Shown here in pieces: positions 1 to 11,000 of a DNA stretch of 64,000 nt. Numbering within the stretch: the stretch's first letter is position 1; the number at the start of each line of letters is the position of its first letter. Under the pieces are notes generated by a model. It was not told where the DNA came from and searched no databases. It was given only the letters and a program-made list of their open reading frames with translations. This DNA comes from Calditrichia bacterium (GTDB lineage Bacteria; Calditrichota; Calditrichia; RBG-13-44-9; J075), in the NCBI GenBank assembly GCA_050633245.1, contig JBOEGD010000014.1, positions 9,918 to 73,917 on the forward strand. Reading direction: 5' to 3'. Position numbers and translations under genes: made by a program.

Positions 1-2
1 AG

Positions 3-806
3 ATCATCTCCGGGGCGTTTATCGCGATCTACGGGCCTTCCGGGGCCGGTAAAACCACTTTTCTCAGGTTGCTCGCCGGTCTGGAACAGCCCGATAGCGG
101 CACTATTATTGTTGATGATGAAGAGTGGGTTTCCTCAGAACGCAGTTTGCCGGTGCAGGAACGTTCAATCGGATTCGTATTTCAGGACTATGCCTTATTT
201 CCAAATATGACCGTGCGGGAAAACCTGCAGTTTGCGGGCAAGAAGAGCAGCGAAGCAATTATTAATGAACTGCTGGACATGATGAATATCGAAGATCTTT
301 CGCAACGTATGCCTGCAACCCTTTCCGGCGGGCAAAAGCAGCGTGTTGCGCTTGCAAGAGCGCTCGTTAGGCAACCCAAGCTCTTGCTATTAGATGAGCC
401 GCTTTCCGCGCTTGATAGGGATATGCGTCGCAGATTACAAGACGATATTCTAAAACTGCACAAGCGCTTCAAGACGACAGCTGTTTTGGTTAGTCATGAT
501 TTAAGTGAAATATTCCGTCTTGCCGATCAGGTCGTTATTCTACAGGATGGGCAAGTTCAACGTAGCGGCAGCGTCTCGGATGTATTTATTGGCAAAGAGT
601 TCAGTGGCAAGTTTCGCTTTCAGGGCGAGGTACTGCATATCGAGCAGGCTGATGCCATTTTCATCGTAACTCTCTCAATCGGTAATCAGCTGGCGAAGGT
701 TGTTGCGACGCCGGAAGAAATTACAAATATCAATATCGGTGATCATGTGCTGGTTTCATCAAAGGCATTTAATCCGTTAATTATTCCGCTAAAGAGCCAG
801 ATTTAA
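3..806 (+). CDS. modC: Molybdate ABC transporter ATP-binding subunit with C-terminal TOBE domain (5'-partial)
   Basis: The frame is open from the window edge and reads IISGAFIAIYGPSGAGKTT (Walker A) upstream of the track's start at 69. It has LSGGQKQR, LLLLDEP and VSHD motifs and a TOBE-like tail (IGDHVLVSSKA). Confidence 0.8.
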   Translation: MISGAFIAIYGPSGAGKTTFLRLLAGLEQPDSGTIIVDDEEWVSSERSLPVQERSIGFVFQDYALFPNMTVRENLQFAGKKSSEAIINELLDMMNIEDLSQRMPATLSGGQKQRVALARALVRQPKLLLLDEPLSALDRDMRRRLQDDILKLHKRFKTTAVLVSHDLSEIFRLADQVVILQDGQVQRSGSVSDVFIGKEFSGKFRFQGEVLHIEQADAIFIVTLSIGNQLAKVVATPEEITNINIGDHVLVSSKAFNPLIIPLKSQI

Positions 807-920
807 AGCAGACTGGAGCAGTTTTAAAGCAGACTGGAGCAGTTTCCAAAACTGCTCCAGTCTTTTCAAATGAAGCAGTCTTAGAGCAGATTAGAGCAGT
901 CTTGAAGACTGCTCCAATCT
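802..920. repeat. REP-like palindrome cluster
   Basis: A 21-bp direct repeat TTTAAAGCAGACTGGAGCAGT occurs twice (802-843). Two related 33-bp palindromes lie at 831-863 and 888-920. Confidence 0.8.
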
Positions 921-953
921 CATTAATCATTCACCGCAAGATTAGAGGATACT

Positions 954-1328
954 ATGGAAAACACAACGATACGATTTGGAATTAGCCTGATTGTTATTGG
1001 CGCAGCATCTTATTTTGGCACCGGTATGCAGAGTATCACCGCACTCATCCCATCATTTTTTGGAATTGCTCTGACCGGTTTGGGCTACCTGGCAACGAGT
1101 AAGGAAAGCCTTAAAAAACATGCAATGCACGGGGCAGCAATGGTTGGCCTGCTTGGTTTAATTGGTTCTGCACGTGGCATTCCCGGCGCGATCACCTTAC
1201 TTGGCGGTGGCGATGTTGCTCGTCCGCAGGCGGTTATTGTACAAGCACTGATGGCCATTATTATGCTGGTATTTTTGGTGCTCTGCGTGCGCTCCTTTAT
1301 GGAAGCACGACGCGAACGTAGCGCCTAG
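954..1328 (+). CDS. Small 4-TM membrane protein
   Basis: GAGGA RBS, four hydrophobic segments, SITALIP and KHAMH motifs. Confidence 0.75.
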   Translation: MENTTIRFGISLIVIGAASYFGTGMQSITALIPSFFGIALTGLGYLATSKESLKKHAMHGAAMVGLLGLIGSARGIPGAITLLGGGDVARPQAVIVQALMAIIMLVFLVLCVRSFMEARRERSA

Positions 1329-1348
1329 ACCTGATTTCTTATACAGTG

Positions 1349-1385
1349 CGCGAACCGTCATCACGTTTTGATGCCGCGGTTCGCG
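1349..1385 (+). terminator. Hairpin, probable terminator
   Basis: Inverted repeat CGCGAACCG...CGGTTCGCG just after the stop at 1328. Confidence 0.45.
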
Positions 1386-1423
1386 TTATATTGTACGACA
1401 TGCGCTTTATTTTCGGAGGGTTT

Positions 1424-1810
1424 TTGACAAGAGATCAAACACATCGGCATTTATTAATAAGTCTGCTGCTTGCCTTTATTCTGCAAGGCTGTGCAACATC
1501 GCGCTATGTTATGGTCAGAGGAAACAGCAAGACCGTTTCCAGAAAACTTCAGGATCGGCATATCGGCACTACGATATCGATCTTTGTTAAGAGTGGCAAC
1601 AAAATAAGCGGTAGATTAGCAAGCTATGATGAATCGTATGTATACCTCGGTGGAGAGCATTCTCAGCCGAGCACGCGTGTTCCGATTGAGACAATCGACA
1701 AGATTCAGCTGGAGAAGATAAATGAAAATAAGCAGGCGGTCTGGGTATTCATTGCTATTCCAATGGCCCTGATTTTTATAAGCTGGGGCACGGTAGCAGC
1801 ATTTGACTAA
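1424..1810 (+). CDS. Hypothetical lipoprotein with C-terminal hydrophobic helix
   Basis: An in-frame TTG at 1424 follows GGAGG (alternative ATG at 1400). Lipobox LQGC; the stop overlaps the alr stop. Confidence 0.6.
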   Translation: MTRDQTHRHLLISLLLAFILQGCATSRYVMVRGNSKTVSRKLQDRHIGTTISIFVKSGNKISGRLASYDESYVYLGGEHSQPSTRVPIETIDKIQLEKINENKQAVWVFIAIPMALIFISWGTVAAFD

Positions 1811-2967
1811 ACGATAATTCGCGACACTTCGCTACTTATTCGCGCAAGCACTTCATAGTTAATGGTTCCGCAAAGATCCGCTATGCTTTCTGCGGTAATC
1901 TCCTCATCGCCTTGCTTACCAAGAAGAACCACTTCGTCTTCCAGCTCGATATCCGGAATATCGGTTACGTCGACCATCATTAAGTTCATACAAATTCGAC
2001 CCAGCACAGCAGCTCGCTTACCGCGCACCAATACCACGCCCTGGCTCGACAACCCACGATCATAGCCATCCGAATATCCAACCGGTAAAACTGCAACCCG
2101 CGTCTTACGCGTCGTTTTAAAGGTACGACCATAGCCAATAGTACAATCCGGCTCTACCCATTTCAGCTGACCAATTCGCGTTTTCCAGGTGAGTACCGGA
2201 CGCAGCTTGCTATCTACTTTGAAAAACTTTTTCCCCTGATAAGAGACGCGGGTTTCTTTTGAAGGCCAAACGCCATATTGCCCCAGCCCCAAACGCACCA
2301 TATCCATATGCGTTTCGTGAAACAGTAAAATCGCAGCCGTGCAGGCCATGTGTTGCTTAATAATTGGAAAGCCTGATTTATGAATCATGTCGATCATTTG
2401 CCGAAAGCGATACTTCTGAAAGTCGGCAAATTCATGCGAGGTTGTGTCTTCTACATTAGCAAAATGGGTATAGACCGATTCGAATAGTATGCCTGGTGTT
2501 TCGCGCAGTCGCTGTACGTACCACTCCAGTTCATCCTGATCGACGCCATGACGATTGGTGCCGGTTTCCAGCTTTAGATGGATTCGCGCCAGCTTGCTGC
2601 GATTCGCGGTTAGCTTATGTAATGCCTCAACCGTCTCGCGATTAAATACGGCGAGACGCAGGTTATGCTCAACAACCTCATCCAGGTTAGATATGGGAAC
2701 ATGTCCCATAACCAGAATATTTTGATTAAACCCGGCGCGCCGCAATCGCAGTGCTTCATCGAGGGAATGAACACAGAAAGAGTCGGCGCCATGCTTGGCC
2801 GCCAAACGAGCAATAGACTGCCAGCCATGACCATAGGCATTGGCCTTCAGCACCACAGAAAGCTCCGGTTTGGAGCCGATAATTTTTCGGAAAAACTTTA
2901 AGTTGTTGGCATAGGCGGATTCGGAGATCTCCACCCAGGTGTTTTGTAAGAATCGCGTTTCTACCAT
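1807..2967 (-). CDS. alr: Alanine racemase
   Basis: VLKANAYGHG (PLP lysine), HLKLETG.NRHG, IGYG, GYSDG, GRICMN and GTINYE motifs. Start is 2967 or 2994. Confidence 0.95.
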   Translation of the reverse strand: MVETRFLQNTWVEISESAYANNLKFFRKIIGSKPELSVVLKANAYGHGWQSIARLAAKHGADSFCVHSLDEALRLRRAGFNQNILVMGHVPISNLDEVVEHNLRLAVFNRETVEALHKLTANRSKLARIHLKLETGTNRHGVDQDELEWYVQRLRETPGILFESVYTHFANVEDTTSHEFADFQKYRFRQMIDMIHKSGFPIIKQHMACTAAILLFHETHMDMVRLGLGQYGVWPSKETRVSYQGKKFFKVDSKLRPVLTWKTRIGQLKWVEPDCTIGYGRTFKTTRKTRVAVLPVGYSDGYDRGLSSQGVVLVRGKRAAVLGRICMNLMMVDVTDIPDIELEDEVVLLGKQGDEEITAESIADLCGTINYEVLARISSEVSRIIV

Positions 2968-3074
2968 TTTCTTATTCCGTAAGCTTCCCTGCATCGATTC
3001 ATGTAAGTATAAACTTACTACACCTGTCTTTTGTTTGGCTTAGCAGCCGTCACATCTGCAAAAAATTATTGAGC

Positions 3075-4922
3075 TTAGTCGAACAATGTCCAGTCGACTC
3101 CCAGCTTAAACACCAGAAAGCTATCGCTTACGCCGCGGACAAAAGTATAATCGTCGCGTAACAGGTTTTCCCAAATAAAAAATATGGCAGCATCACGAAA
3201 ATAGGACTGCAGGCGAGCACTGGAGATCAAATTACTCACTTCGGCTTCAAAGGTAGGGTGATAAAGCATTAACACTCGATTAAATGACAAAGGTCGATAA
3301 TCATCAATGTACCGGAATGAAGCTGAGCCGTCCAGAGGGAACGTCTCCCCGAACAGATCAAGTGAAAAATTTACAGAAGAGGCCATATCCAGTCTACCAG
3401 CAAAGTGAGGCGAGTTATTACCTGAGAACCAGGTCGCATTATGCTGCAGATGAATGGCTTTCCAGGTAAGCGAGAGGTTTCCCCTAACACCGGAGCCATC
3501 ATGTCCACCGGATGATACCGTTGCAGAAGGTAATCCAAAAAATGCGGGATATCCTACATCTTGGTAAAATGGAGTAATGCTCACTAAGACATTTGATGAC
3601 TTCCAGCCGAAAGTCGCACTTAATTCTTTCTGCTCAAGCAAGTCATTGCCACCATAAGCACCGACCGTGGAAGTATCATCTACGGTGCGCCACAACAGTG
3701 GCGCAGCACGCGGACGAATTGCCGCCTCCGCTTCAAAAAAACCTTTACCTGAGGCAGAGGTCATTTTTAATATCGCACTGCCAGAGAAGGCATTGCCGAA
3801 TTTGCTATGGCGATACAGCCCGGCCTGAATGTCAAGCATTGCCTGGCCTTTTTTCTTTTCCAGAGCAAACCCGACATAGCCGTCCCACTCATTCGCTTCT
3901 GTAAAGTTAGTGTCGGCAGATAAGCCAATGTGGCTGCCATTCACCTTGATGCCACTCATCCAATCACCATTGCCTATAAAATAAGCCAGTGACGCACCGG
4001 GAAGCTGGTAGCGATTATTGCGTCGCACCGCCGTTTGCACAAAGCGATCTTCAATCGTGGTGTATTCCGGCACAAACTCCAGCGAATCAGACGAGCCAAA
4101 TTTCCCACGCAGACGCATCCACGCTTCGTGATTCACCTGCTTAAAGCCCTCACGCACCTGCGAACCGCCCGCTCCGGAAATCGTTAACGCCTCCGGCTCC
4201 AGATTGTAGCGATGTCGCAGCTGCCAATAGAAGAAGTCCGCCGACCAGTTGTCGGAAAAACGCGTAGAAAGCTGCGCATTATAGGTATAAAGTGAGAACT
4301 GTGAATAGCCCGATGCAACGGAACCGTCTCCGGTAAAGTTTGTTCCGGCAAGCTGTAGATAGGTATTGGGTGAAAGCCGCTGCGCAAAATTAACGTCCAG
4401 ATAGTTTAGATCCAGAACGTAATCTTGCGAGAAAAGAATCGTACTTTCCGGCTTGTTCGATGTCGGTTCCCGAGCTTCCAGCAGCTCGCTTGTGCCTGCC
4501 GGTGATACGCTGCGACTGCCAATACGATGCGGCGACAACAACTGCTGATTGCGATAGCCAAAGAATGGGTTGCGCAAACGATGTCCGGCAAAGGATTGTT
4601 CGAGGCCACCGACGGGCAACCCGCGTATAGACAACGCATTTAAGCGACCGCGCTGTAACAGTGAAATCGGGAGATTATCGGAATATTGAAGACGATGTTC
4701 TTCTTCGGTGAGCACGCCAAAGGTCGCACCCTTTTCGGCAGCATTACGCTTTACAATAGCCGCTCCCGGAGGAATCTTAACCGCAGCTGCCGCGCGTAAG
4801 GCCGAGTCTGCCTGAACGGTCGCCGGCTTAATGTCTTCCATTTCCTGAGCAAAAACAGTAAAGCTAACCAGCAGGGACAATAGACACAGCCGTGCACTGC
4901 ATATAGTTTTTTGTTTTAACAT
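3075..4922 (-). CDS. Putative outer-membrane beta-barrel protein (putative porin/TonB-receptor-like)
   Basis: Signal peptide (VFA-Q), amphipathic beta strands, C-terminal FKLGVDWTLFD. Confidence 0.65.
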   Translation of the reverse strand: MLKQKTICSARLCLLSLLVSFTVFAQEMEDIKPATVQADSALRAAAAVKIPPGAAIVKRNAAEKGATFGVLTEEEHRLQYSDNLPISLLQRGRLNALSIRGLPVGGLEQSFAGHRLRNPFFGYRNQQLLSPHRIGSRSVSPAGTSELLEAREPTSNKPESTILFSQDYVLDLNYLDVNFAQRLSPNTYLQLAGTNFTGDGSVASGYSQFSLYTYNAQLSTRFSDNWSADFFYWQLRHRYNLEPEALTISGAGGSQVREGFKQVNHEAWMRLRGKFGSSDSLEFVPEYTTIEDRFVQTAVRRNNRYQLPGASLAYFIGNGDWMSGIKVNGSHIGLSADTNFTEANEWDGYVGFALEKKKGQAMLDIQAGLYRHSKFGNAFSGSAILKMTSASGKGFFEAEAAIRPRAAPLLWRTVDDTSTVGAYGGNDLLEQKELSATFGWKSSNVLVSITPFYQDVGYPAFFGLPSATVSSGGHDGSGVRGNLSLTWKAIHLQHNATWFSGNNSPHFAGRLDMASSVNFSLDLFGETFPLDGSASFRYIDDYRPLSFNRVLMLYHPTFEAEVSNLISSARLQSYFRDAAIFFIWENLLRDDYTFVRGVSDSFLVFKLGVDWTLFD

Positions 4923-5026
4923 GCTTATTCAACACCGGGATTAGAAGATGGTTTCGCGCCCCGAAACCGGGCGGAGAAATATAGGCTTTGCGAGGAGGTA
5001 AATAAAAGCGGAAAGATGGAAAAAAG

Positions 5027-5052
5027 ACTGCGGAGCACCTGCACCGCAGTCA
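5027..5052 (-). terminator. Intrinsic terminator
   Basis: GACTGCGG...CCGCAGTC hairpin followed by a T-run on the minus strand, downstream of 5068. Confidence 0.6.
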
Positions 5053-5067
5053 TAAAACAAAGGCAAC

Positions 5068-5682
5068 CTAGAAAGAGACACCGAGCATCGCAGCGAAGAC
5101 ATTATTCTTAACATCACCTTCAAGCAGGGGATCATCATTAATATTTGAAAGACCACGCATATAGCGTAAATCAATGATAAATTTTGTGCCGGCAGCACCA
5201 AGGGCAAGATCAATACCAACTGCAAAAGCCACATCCAGCCCTTTAACATCTTCTTTTAAATCTTCCGTCTCGCCCTCGAATTCACCTTCTGCCTTCAAGT
5301 TAAAGCCAAAAACTGGTCCTAAATAAAATGACGGCGTGGCCGGAGCCGGTGTAGCAAGCTGCAGTTTCACCAGAACAGGAACATCGATATAACTAAAGTT
5401 AAGGCTGGCTTCGCCGGAATCGCTATCTGCAGAGGCACCTTTTTGGATAAACAGACCTTCAATCTGAAAACCTAACGGTCCCAACGGATCGATTTCAAGA
5501 AAGGCACCACCAAGAAAACCGGTGCGATTTTTAAACGCATCATCGATGACATTTTCTGAGAAACTGACTTTGGCAATTGTTATTCCGCCTTTAATACCGG
5601 GATTTATCGATAACTGTGCGAACATACTTCCAGAAAGCAAAAGGGCAAAAATAATAGTCAATATAGATACAGGGCGTTTCAT
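5068..5682 (-). CDS. PorT-like 8-stranded outer-membrane beta-barrel protein
   Basis: Signal peptide, GIKGG, QIEGLFIQKG, YIDVPVL and DLRY motifs, C-terminal Phe. Confidence 0.85.
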   Translation of the reverse strand: MKRPVSILTIIFALLLSGSMFAQLSINPGIKGGITIAKVSFSENVIDDAFKNRTGFLGGAFLEIDPLGPLGFQIEGLFIQKGASADSDSGEASLNFSYIDVPVLVKLQLATPAPATPSFYLGPVFGFNLKAEGEFEGETEDLKEDVKGLDVAFAVGIDLALGAAGTKFIIDLRYMRGLSNINDDPLLEGDVKNNVFAAMLGVSF

Positions 5683-5836
5683 ACGTCCCCCTTCAGTCTT
5701 TTGAAAAAAGTTTGTTTAGGTGGATTATCAAAAACATATATTCAGCTTGAATGGAAACAAAGGCAATAAAAAAATACCGAGCGGTGATGTAATACATCTC
5801 CTCCCGGTAGAATTTTTATAAAAATGCAAATATTTT

Positions 5837-7831
5837 CTATTTTGCAGACTGCTTTGCCAACACGCGTTCTATTTTTTTCAAGAAATCGTGAATGGAAAAT
5901 GGCTTCAGAATAACGCCGGCCGCGCCATTTTCCAATAGTTGGCCAACCTCCTGCACTTCGCGCATTCCGGTAGCAATAATAACCGGGACATCTGGTTTGA
6001 TATGCTGCAATTGACTAAAGATTTCCGTACCATCCGGCCCCGGCATTAACAGATCCAGAATGACCAGATCGATACGCTCACCGTGCTGGCGAAAGATTTC
6101 AAGTCCACTAAGACCATCTTCTGCAAGCAATAGCTCATATCCGCGGCGAACCAATAAGTCCCGCGCCAGATCGCGAATGGTTTCTTCATCCTCTATCAAC
6201 AAAACGGTTCCCGCAGTTGCCTTATCTTTATCCGGAACGGCTTTATGCACCTTGAGATCGACTCCATCGAGCTGTGCACATGGCAGGTATATTCGAAACG
6301 TACTGCCACGACCGACAGTACTCTCGACCTGAAGATGACCACGGTGATTACAAATAATTCCATAAGTAAGAGACAGACCAAGGCCAATGTTCCCGGGGGA
6401 TCGGCGCGTTGTATAGAAGGGCTCATAGATCTTATCAATTTGATTTGCAGGTATGCCACAGCCTTCATCAACAATTTCCATTACGATACCCAACGGCTCC
6501 TGCAAACGGCTAAAGGCTGGCTCAACAACTTTTTCCTGCAGGCGCTTACACCGTACGGTGATTTTCCCGGTCAACCCCTCCATCGCTTCAATGGCATTGC
6601 GTAAGAGGTGAGTAATGCCCTGCTCCAGCTGAAGTGGATCGGCCTCTATTACGGGCGAAAAATCCATTTCTTCCAGCGCTATAGTCACAGATTCCGGAAC
6701 GCTCTGCTCCACCGTGTTGATAACATTTTGCAGAAACCGATTGACTTTTAATTCTCGCATGTCGCGATTACCAACGCGAGCAAGGCCGAGCAATCTGGAG
6801 GTTAAATCGATACCGCGTCGGGTAGCTTTTTCAACTGCAGTCATGTACTGATAAGCAGAGGATGAGGGCTCGACGGCGTCTTTGGTCATTGAACTGTAGC
6901 CGACAATACCGGTAAGCAAATTGTTAAAATCATGTGCTATTCCACCGGCAAGACGACTAATGCTTTCCATCTTGCTATCCTGCATTACTTTCTGCTGCCT
7001 TTTTCGTCTGGCGGTTACGTCGTGCATAATCCCGTTAAAAGCGATCAAATTGCCATCTACATCTTTATAGGCGTGGATATTCACGATCAATCGGTGCAGG
7101 GATTTTGATGCAGATCGAAGGGTAATTTCGAAGTCTTTAACTATAGCCTTCGATCGCAATCGTTCAAGCATATAGTGCCAGCTTTTCGGATTCTCAAACC
7201 AATTGCCAAGCGTTATATCAGCAGACAGTTCGCCAGAAGGAATTCCGAGCAGCTTTCTTCCGGCCGGATTAATATCTATCAACATGCCGTTTGGGCAAAT
7301 TCGAAAAATGGTCTCATGAGAATCGCGAAAAAGCTGCCGGTACATAGTTTCCGAAAGCTGAAGTTCTTCTTCAGCGCGACGCCTGGCAGTCACATCTTTT
7401 AAGATAAAGATGGCGCCTTGAAGTCCACCAGAAGTCTCGATCAGTGGCGTTGCACTACACTCCACATATCGTTTGCCAAGATGCGTGGAAACAAGAACCC
7501 GTTCCATTCCGGTAAGACTCAAACCTTCGCGTAGCGCAATCGATAGCAAGTCGGAAACTCGATTGTTTACGTCTGGCTCGTGCACCGCAAGCAGGTCGTG
7601 AAAGTTTTTACCGGTTATCTCGTTAACTTTACGGCCAAACAGCTGCTCGGCCAATGAGTTAACATAGGTAATTACCCCGCCGCTGTTTGTTGCAACCGCA
7701 GGCTCGCCGACCGTATCGAGGGTTTGTGCCAGCCAGTTTGTATCACCGGCTAAAGATTTTTGGAAGCTTTCATCAGCTGTCAATTCAGACTCCATCCCAT
7801 GTTCATTAATTCGTATAAACACACGCTCCAT
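5837..7831 (-). CDS. Cytoplasmic hybrid histidine kinase (PAS-PAS-HisKA-HATPase-REC)
   Basis: LAGGIAHDFNNLL H-box, NAIEAM, DEGCGI, EPFYTT, GLGLS; receiver with LIEDE, LDLLMP and KP. Confidence 0.92.
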   Translation of the reverse strand: MERVFIRINEHGMESELTADESFQKSLAGDTNWLAQTLDTVGEPAVATNSGGVITYVNSLAEQLFGRKVNEITGKNFHDLLAVHEPDVNNRVSDLLSIALREGLSLTGMERVLVSTHLGKRYVECSATPLIETSGGLQGAIFILKDVTARRRAEEELQLSETMYRQLFRDSHETIFRICPNGMLIDINPAGRKLLGIPSGELSADITLGNWFENPKSWHYMLERLRSKAIVKDFEITLRSASKSLHRLIVNIHAYKDVDGNLIAFNGIMHDVTARRKRQQKVMQDSKMESISRLAGGIAHDFNNLLTGIVGYSSMTKDAVEPSSSAYQYMTAVEKATRRGIDLTSRLLGLARVGNRDMRELKVNRFLQNVINTVEQSVPESVTIALEEMDFSPVIEADPLQLEQGITHLLRNAIEAMEGLTGKITVRCKRLQEKVVEPAFSRLQEPLGIVMEIVDEGCGIPANQIDKIYEPFYTTRRSPGNIGLGLSLTYGIICNHRGHLQVESTVGRGSTFRIYLPCAQLDGVDLKVHKAVPDKDKATAGTVLLIEDEETIRDLARDLLVRRGYELLLAEDGLSGLEIFRQHGERIDLVILDLLMPGPDGTEIFSQLQHIKPDVPVIIATGMREVQEVGQLLENGAAGVILKPFSIHDFLKKIERVLAKQSAK

Positions 7832-7958
7832 CGGTTAATCCTGGGAGGAAACCAAGGGAGGACACAACTCCATAAAAAAGGGAAACTAAAAATGATCAGT
7901 ATAGCAAATGCATGGCGCTAGCTAGAAACTATCGTCGATGGGGTAAGCGCTTCTGTAA

Positions 7959-7985
7959 TAATCGGCTGAGGTTGTAACAAGTTTA
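7959..7985 (-). promoter_or_regulatory. Sigma28 (FliA)-like promoter
   Basis: The minus strand reads TAAA-N15-GCCGATTA (consensus TAAA-N15-GCCGATAA), about 130 bp upstream of the hybrid kinase. Confidence 0.55.
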
Positions 7986-8015
7986 GAAAAAGTTAAAAAA
8001 AAATCGGGGAAGAAA

Positions 8016-11000
8016 TTATTCAATCGGCGTGGCTTTTATGCTGCCTCCTGTTGTTGTATCCAGGGGAACTTCAAGCGTGATTGTCGTGCCTTCATCTATC
8101 TCGCTACTAAACGAAACATTGCCTTTTAGATAAAAAATTCGCTCGCGAATTCCCAGAATACCGAGGGATTCAGGCGCATTTAGCTCTTCCTCTGTAATGC
8201 CGCGCCCGTTGTCTTCAATGGTTAGCAATAAACTATCATCACGTGTCTCAAGGATGACCGTTACCTCCGAGGCTTCGGAGTGCTGAGAGACATTGTTCAT
8301 TACCTCCTGAAAAATGCGAAAGAGAATGTTCGCCACATCTTTATCGAGAATAACATTTTTGGCACGAACAACCAGCTGGCAGGCAATATTGCTGCGACGC
8401 TCAAACTCCCGCGCCTGCCAGGAAATTGCCGCACTAAAATCCAGGTTGTCAAGTGCTTCCGGGCGCAGTTCCTGGGAAATACGCTGAACGCGCTGATTGG
8501 TAAGCTCAATGAGATTCGACATGAGCTTCGTCTTCTCGAAAAGTATCTTCTTACGCTTGGGCAGATGACTTTCCAGCCAACCAATATCAAGCTGTAATGC
8601 AGACAGTACCTGTCCAAGCTCATCCTGTATTTCGCGGGAGATGCGAGTTCTTTCCTGTTCTCGCATACTGTCGGTATGTAGAGAAAGACTGCGTAAACGC
8701 TCGTTCGACAATTTCAGCAAGCGTTCCGTTTTTACACTATTGGTGAGCTTTTCCTTAAGCTCATTGTTCATCAGCGTCAACTTATTGGTTCGTTCTTTTA
8801 TCAAGTCTTCCAGCTGATCATAATACTTGCGCAGTTCTTCTTCAATCAACTTACGCGCCGTTACTTCACGCGAAACGGCAATAGTTTCTTCGACAAGTCC
8901 GGTATCCTGATTAAAAATAGCCCGAACAGTCGTTTCGAGCCACACATATTTTCCCTCTTTATGCTGGGCACGAAAGGTTACCGTATCAACTATTGGTTCG
9001 CGAAATATTCTCGATCGACAATCCAACAGGGTATCCAGGTCATCTTTGTGGATCAAGCTGCACAGACTGGTTCCAACCAATTCATCCTGTGAATAACCGA
9101 GCAGGTTTTGTGAGGCAAGAGAAACGTACGAGAACGTCGCTTTGGGAGACTGCTTGCTAATCATATCTGTGGAATTGGCAGCAAGCATGCGATAGCGTTC
9201 TTCGCTTTCGCGCAGTGCCTTCTCAGATTGTTTCCGCTCTGCAATATTTCGCGCAATCGTTGAGAAATATTCGACTTCACCGTCAGGGGATTTATGAGCA
9301 ATCAATACCTGAAGGGTGGGAATTTCTTTATTATCTGGTCCCATAAAAACCGTTTCATTGCTCCAAACACCTTCCTTGATAGCAATCGGCATTCCCTCTT
9401 TTTCAATGATTTCGGCAACATCAGGTGGATGGAAATCGCGAAAGTGTTTTTCCAGCACATCCTGTTCATTGCTAAGCCCGAGCATATCGCGTCCGGCCTG
9501 ATTGATATAAAGAGAGTAACCATCCTTATTGATCATGCTTACAAAGTCAGTCGTCGCCTCAAGGATTGCCATAAAGCGCTGCAGTGCTTCTTCCGAACGG
9601 CTTCGTTCGGTAACATCACGAACGATGGCCATATATTGATTCTCCGGCAGGCGACGCATACTGGTTTCGACCAGTACCGTACTGCCGTCTTTACAGGCCA
9701 AATGCATTTCGCTAATCAGCGGCTTTTCCGCCTGAATACTTGCCAAATGGGCTGCTGCATCCAGGTTCGAACCAGCGAGTAATTTTTCAAGAGATAAGGC
9801 AAGAAGTCCACCTCGGGTATAGCCAAGCGTGCGGCAAACCCGGGTATTTACGTCGATACACGATCCATCTTCATCGAATAACAGAATACCGTCTGAAGCA
9901 TGCTCCACAACGGACTGATAAATTGTTTCCTTAATCGACTCGCCGTCGTCCGAGTTACGAGCTTCTTCCAACTGTCGCTGTAGTTCTTCGCGCGCTGTTT
10001 GCAAGCTGGCGATCTCTGAAGCAGTCGCCTCTTCAACTTCAAGGCGGGCTTCTTCTCGCAGCGCCTCAACATCGACAGAAGATCCGCCCAAACCAGAACG
10101 CGCAGAACGCAATGATTCTTCAAGTTCCATTATCCGACTGATATCGCGAGTCGATGAGACAACTTCGACAACTTCATTTGTCAATGGATCGACAATCGGA
10201 GTAAGAGTCATTTCACACCAAATGTAGTGACCTTCCCGATGGCGTATGCGTACATTTTCAGTAACCATTTCAATGTCTTCACGTGCACTTTGGAATATTT
10301 CCCGCATGGAAAACTCATCATCGGGGTGAAGCATCTCAAAGATATTCAGATCGATCAGGTCTTCCGGGTCAAAATCGAATAGCAGTTGCGAGGCCGGAGA
10401 GCTATAAATAAAAAAGCCGTCAGAAGAATGACGTGAAACCATTTCCCGTGAATTTGCCGCCAGCAGCTGGTAGCGTTCATGACCTTTTTCCAGCGCCTCT
10501 TCTGCTTCTTTCATCGGCGTAATGTCTGAGCAAACAATCAGCAGACCTTCGTCGTGGCGCGGATCGCTTATACGACGCGCGAAGTTCTGCACCCAAACGA
10601 CATCACCATTCTTACAAAGCATGCGAAACTGAACAGAATCGACATCTGATGGATTTGCCATACAGTGCTCAATTTGCGCTTCAAGCAATTCATGATCGGC
10701 AATGTGCACAACGTCTTGTAGCGCCAGAGAAGTTAACTCCGCTACTTCATAGCCAAGTTTTTCCGCAGCATAACTATTGACGGCAATAAAACTCCCATTA
10801 GATCGTGTGGTAAAATTTACGAGTGGAATGTCTTCGGAAAGCACTTTAAAGCGCTCATCATTTTCACGCAAAAACTCATTATTTTTTGCTTCCTGCGTTA
10901 CATCACGAATCAGCGAGGCCGCGCCAACCAAACGATTGTTTTCGTCGGTAAGCATGGTATGATACCATTCGCAGGTGAGCGGCTTGCCATTTTTACTAAT

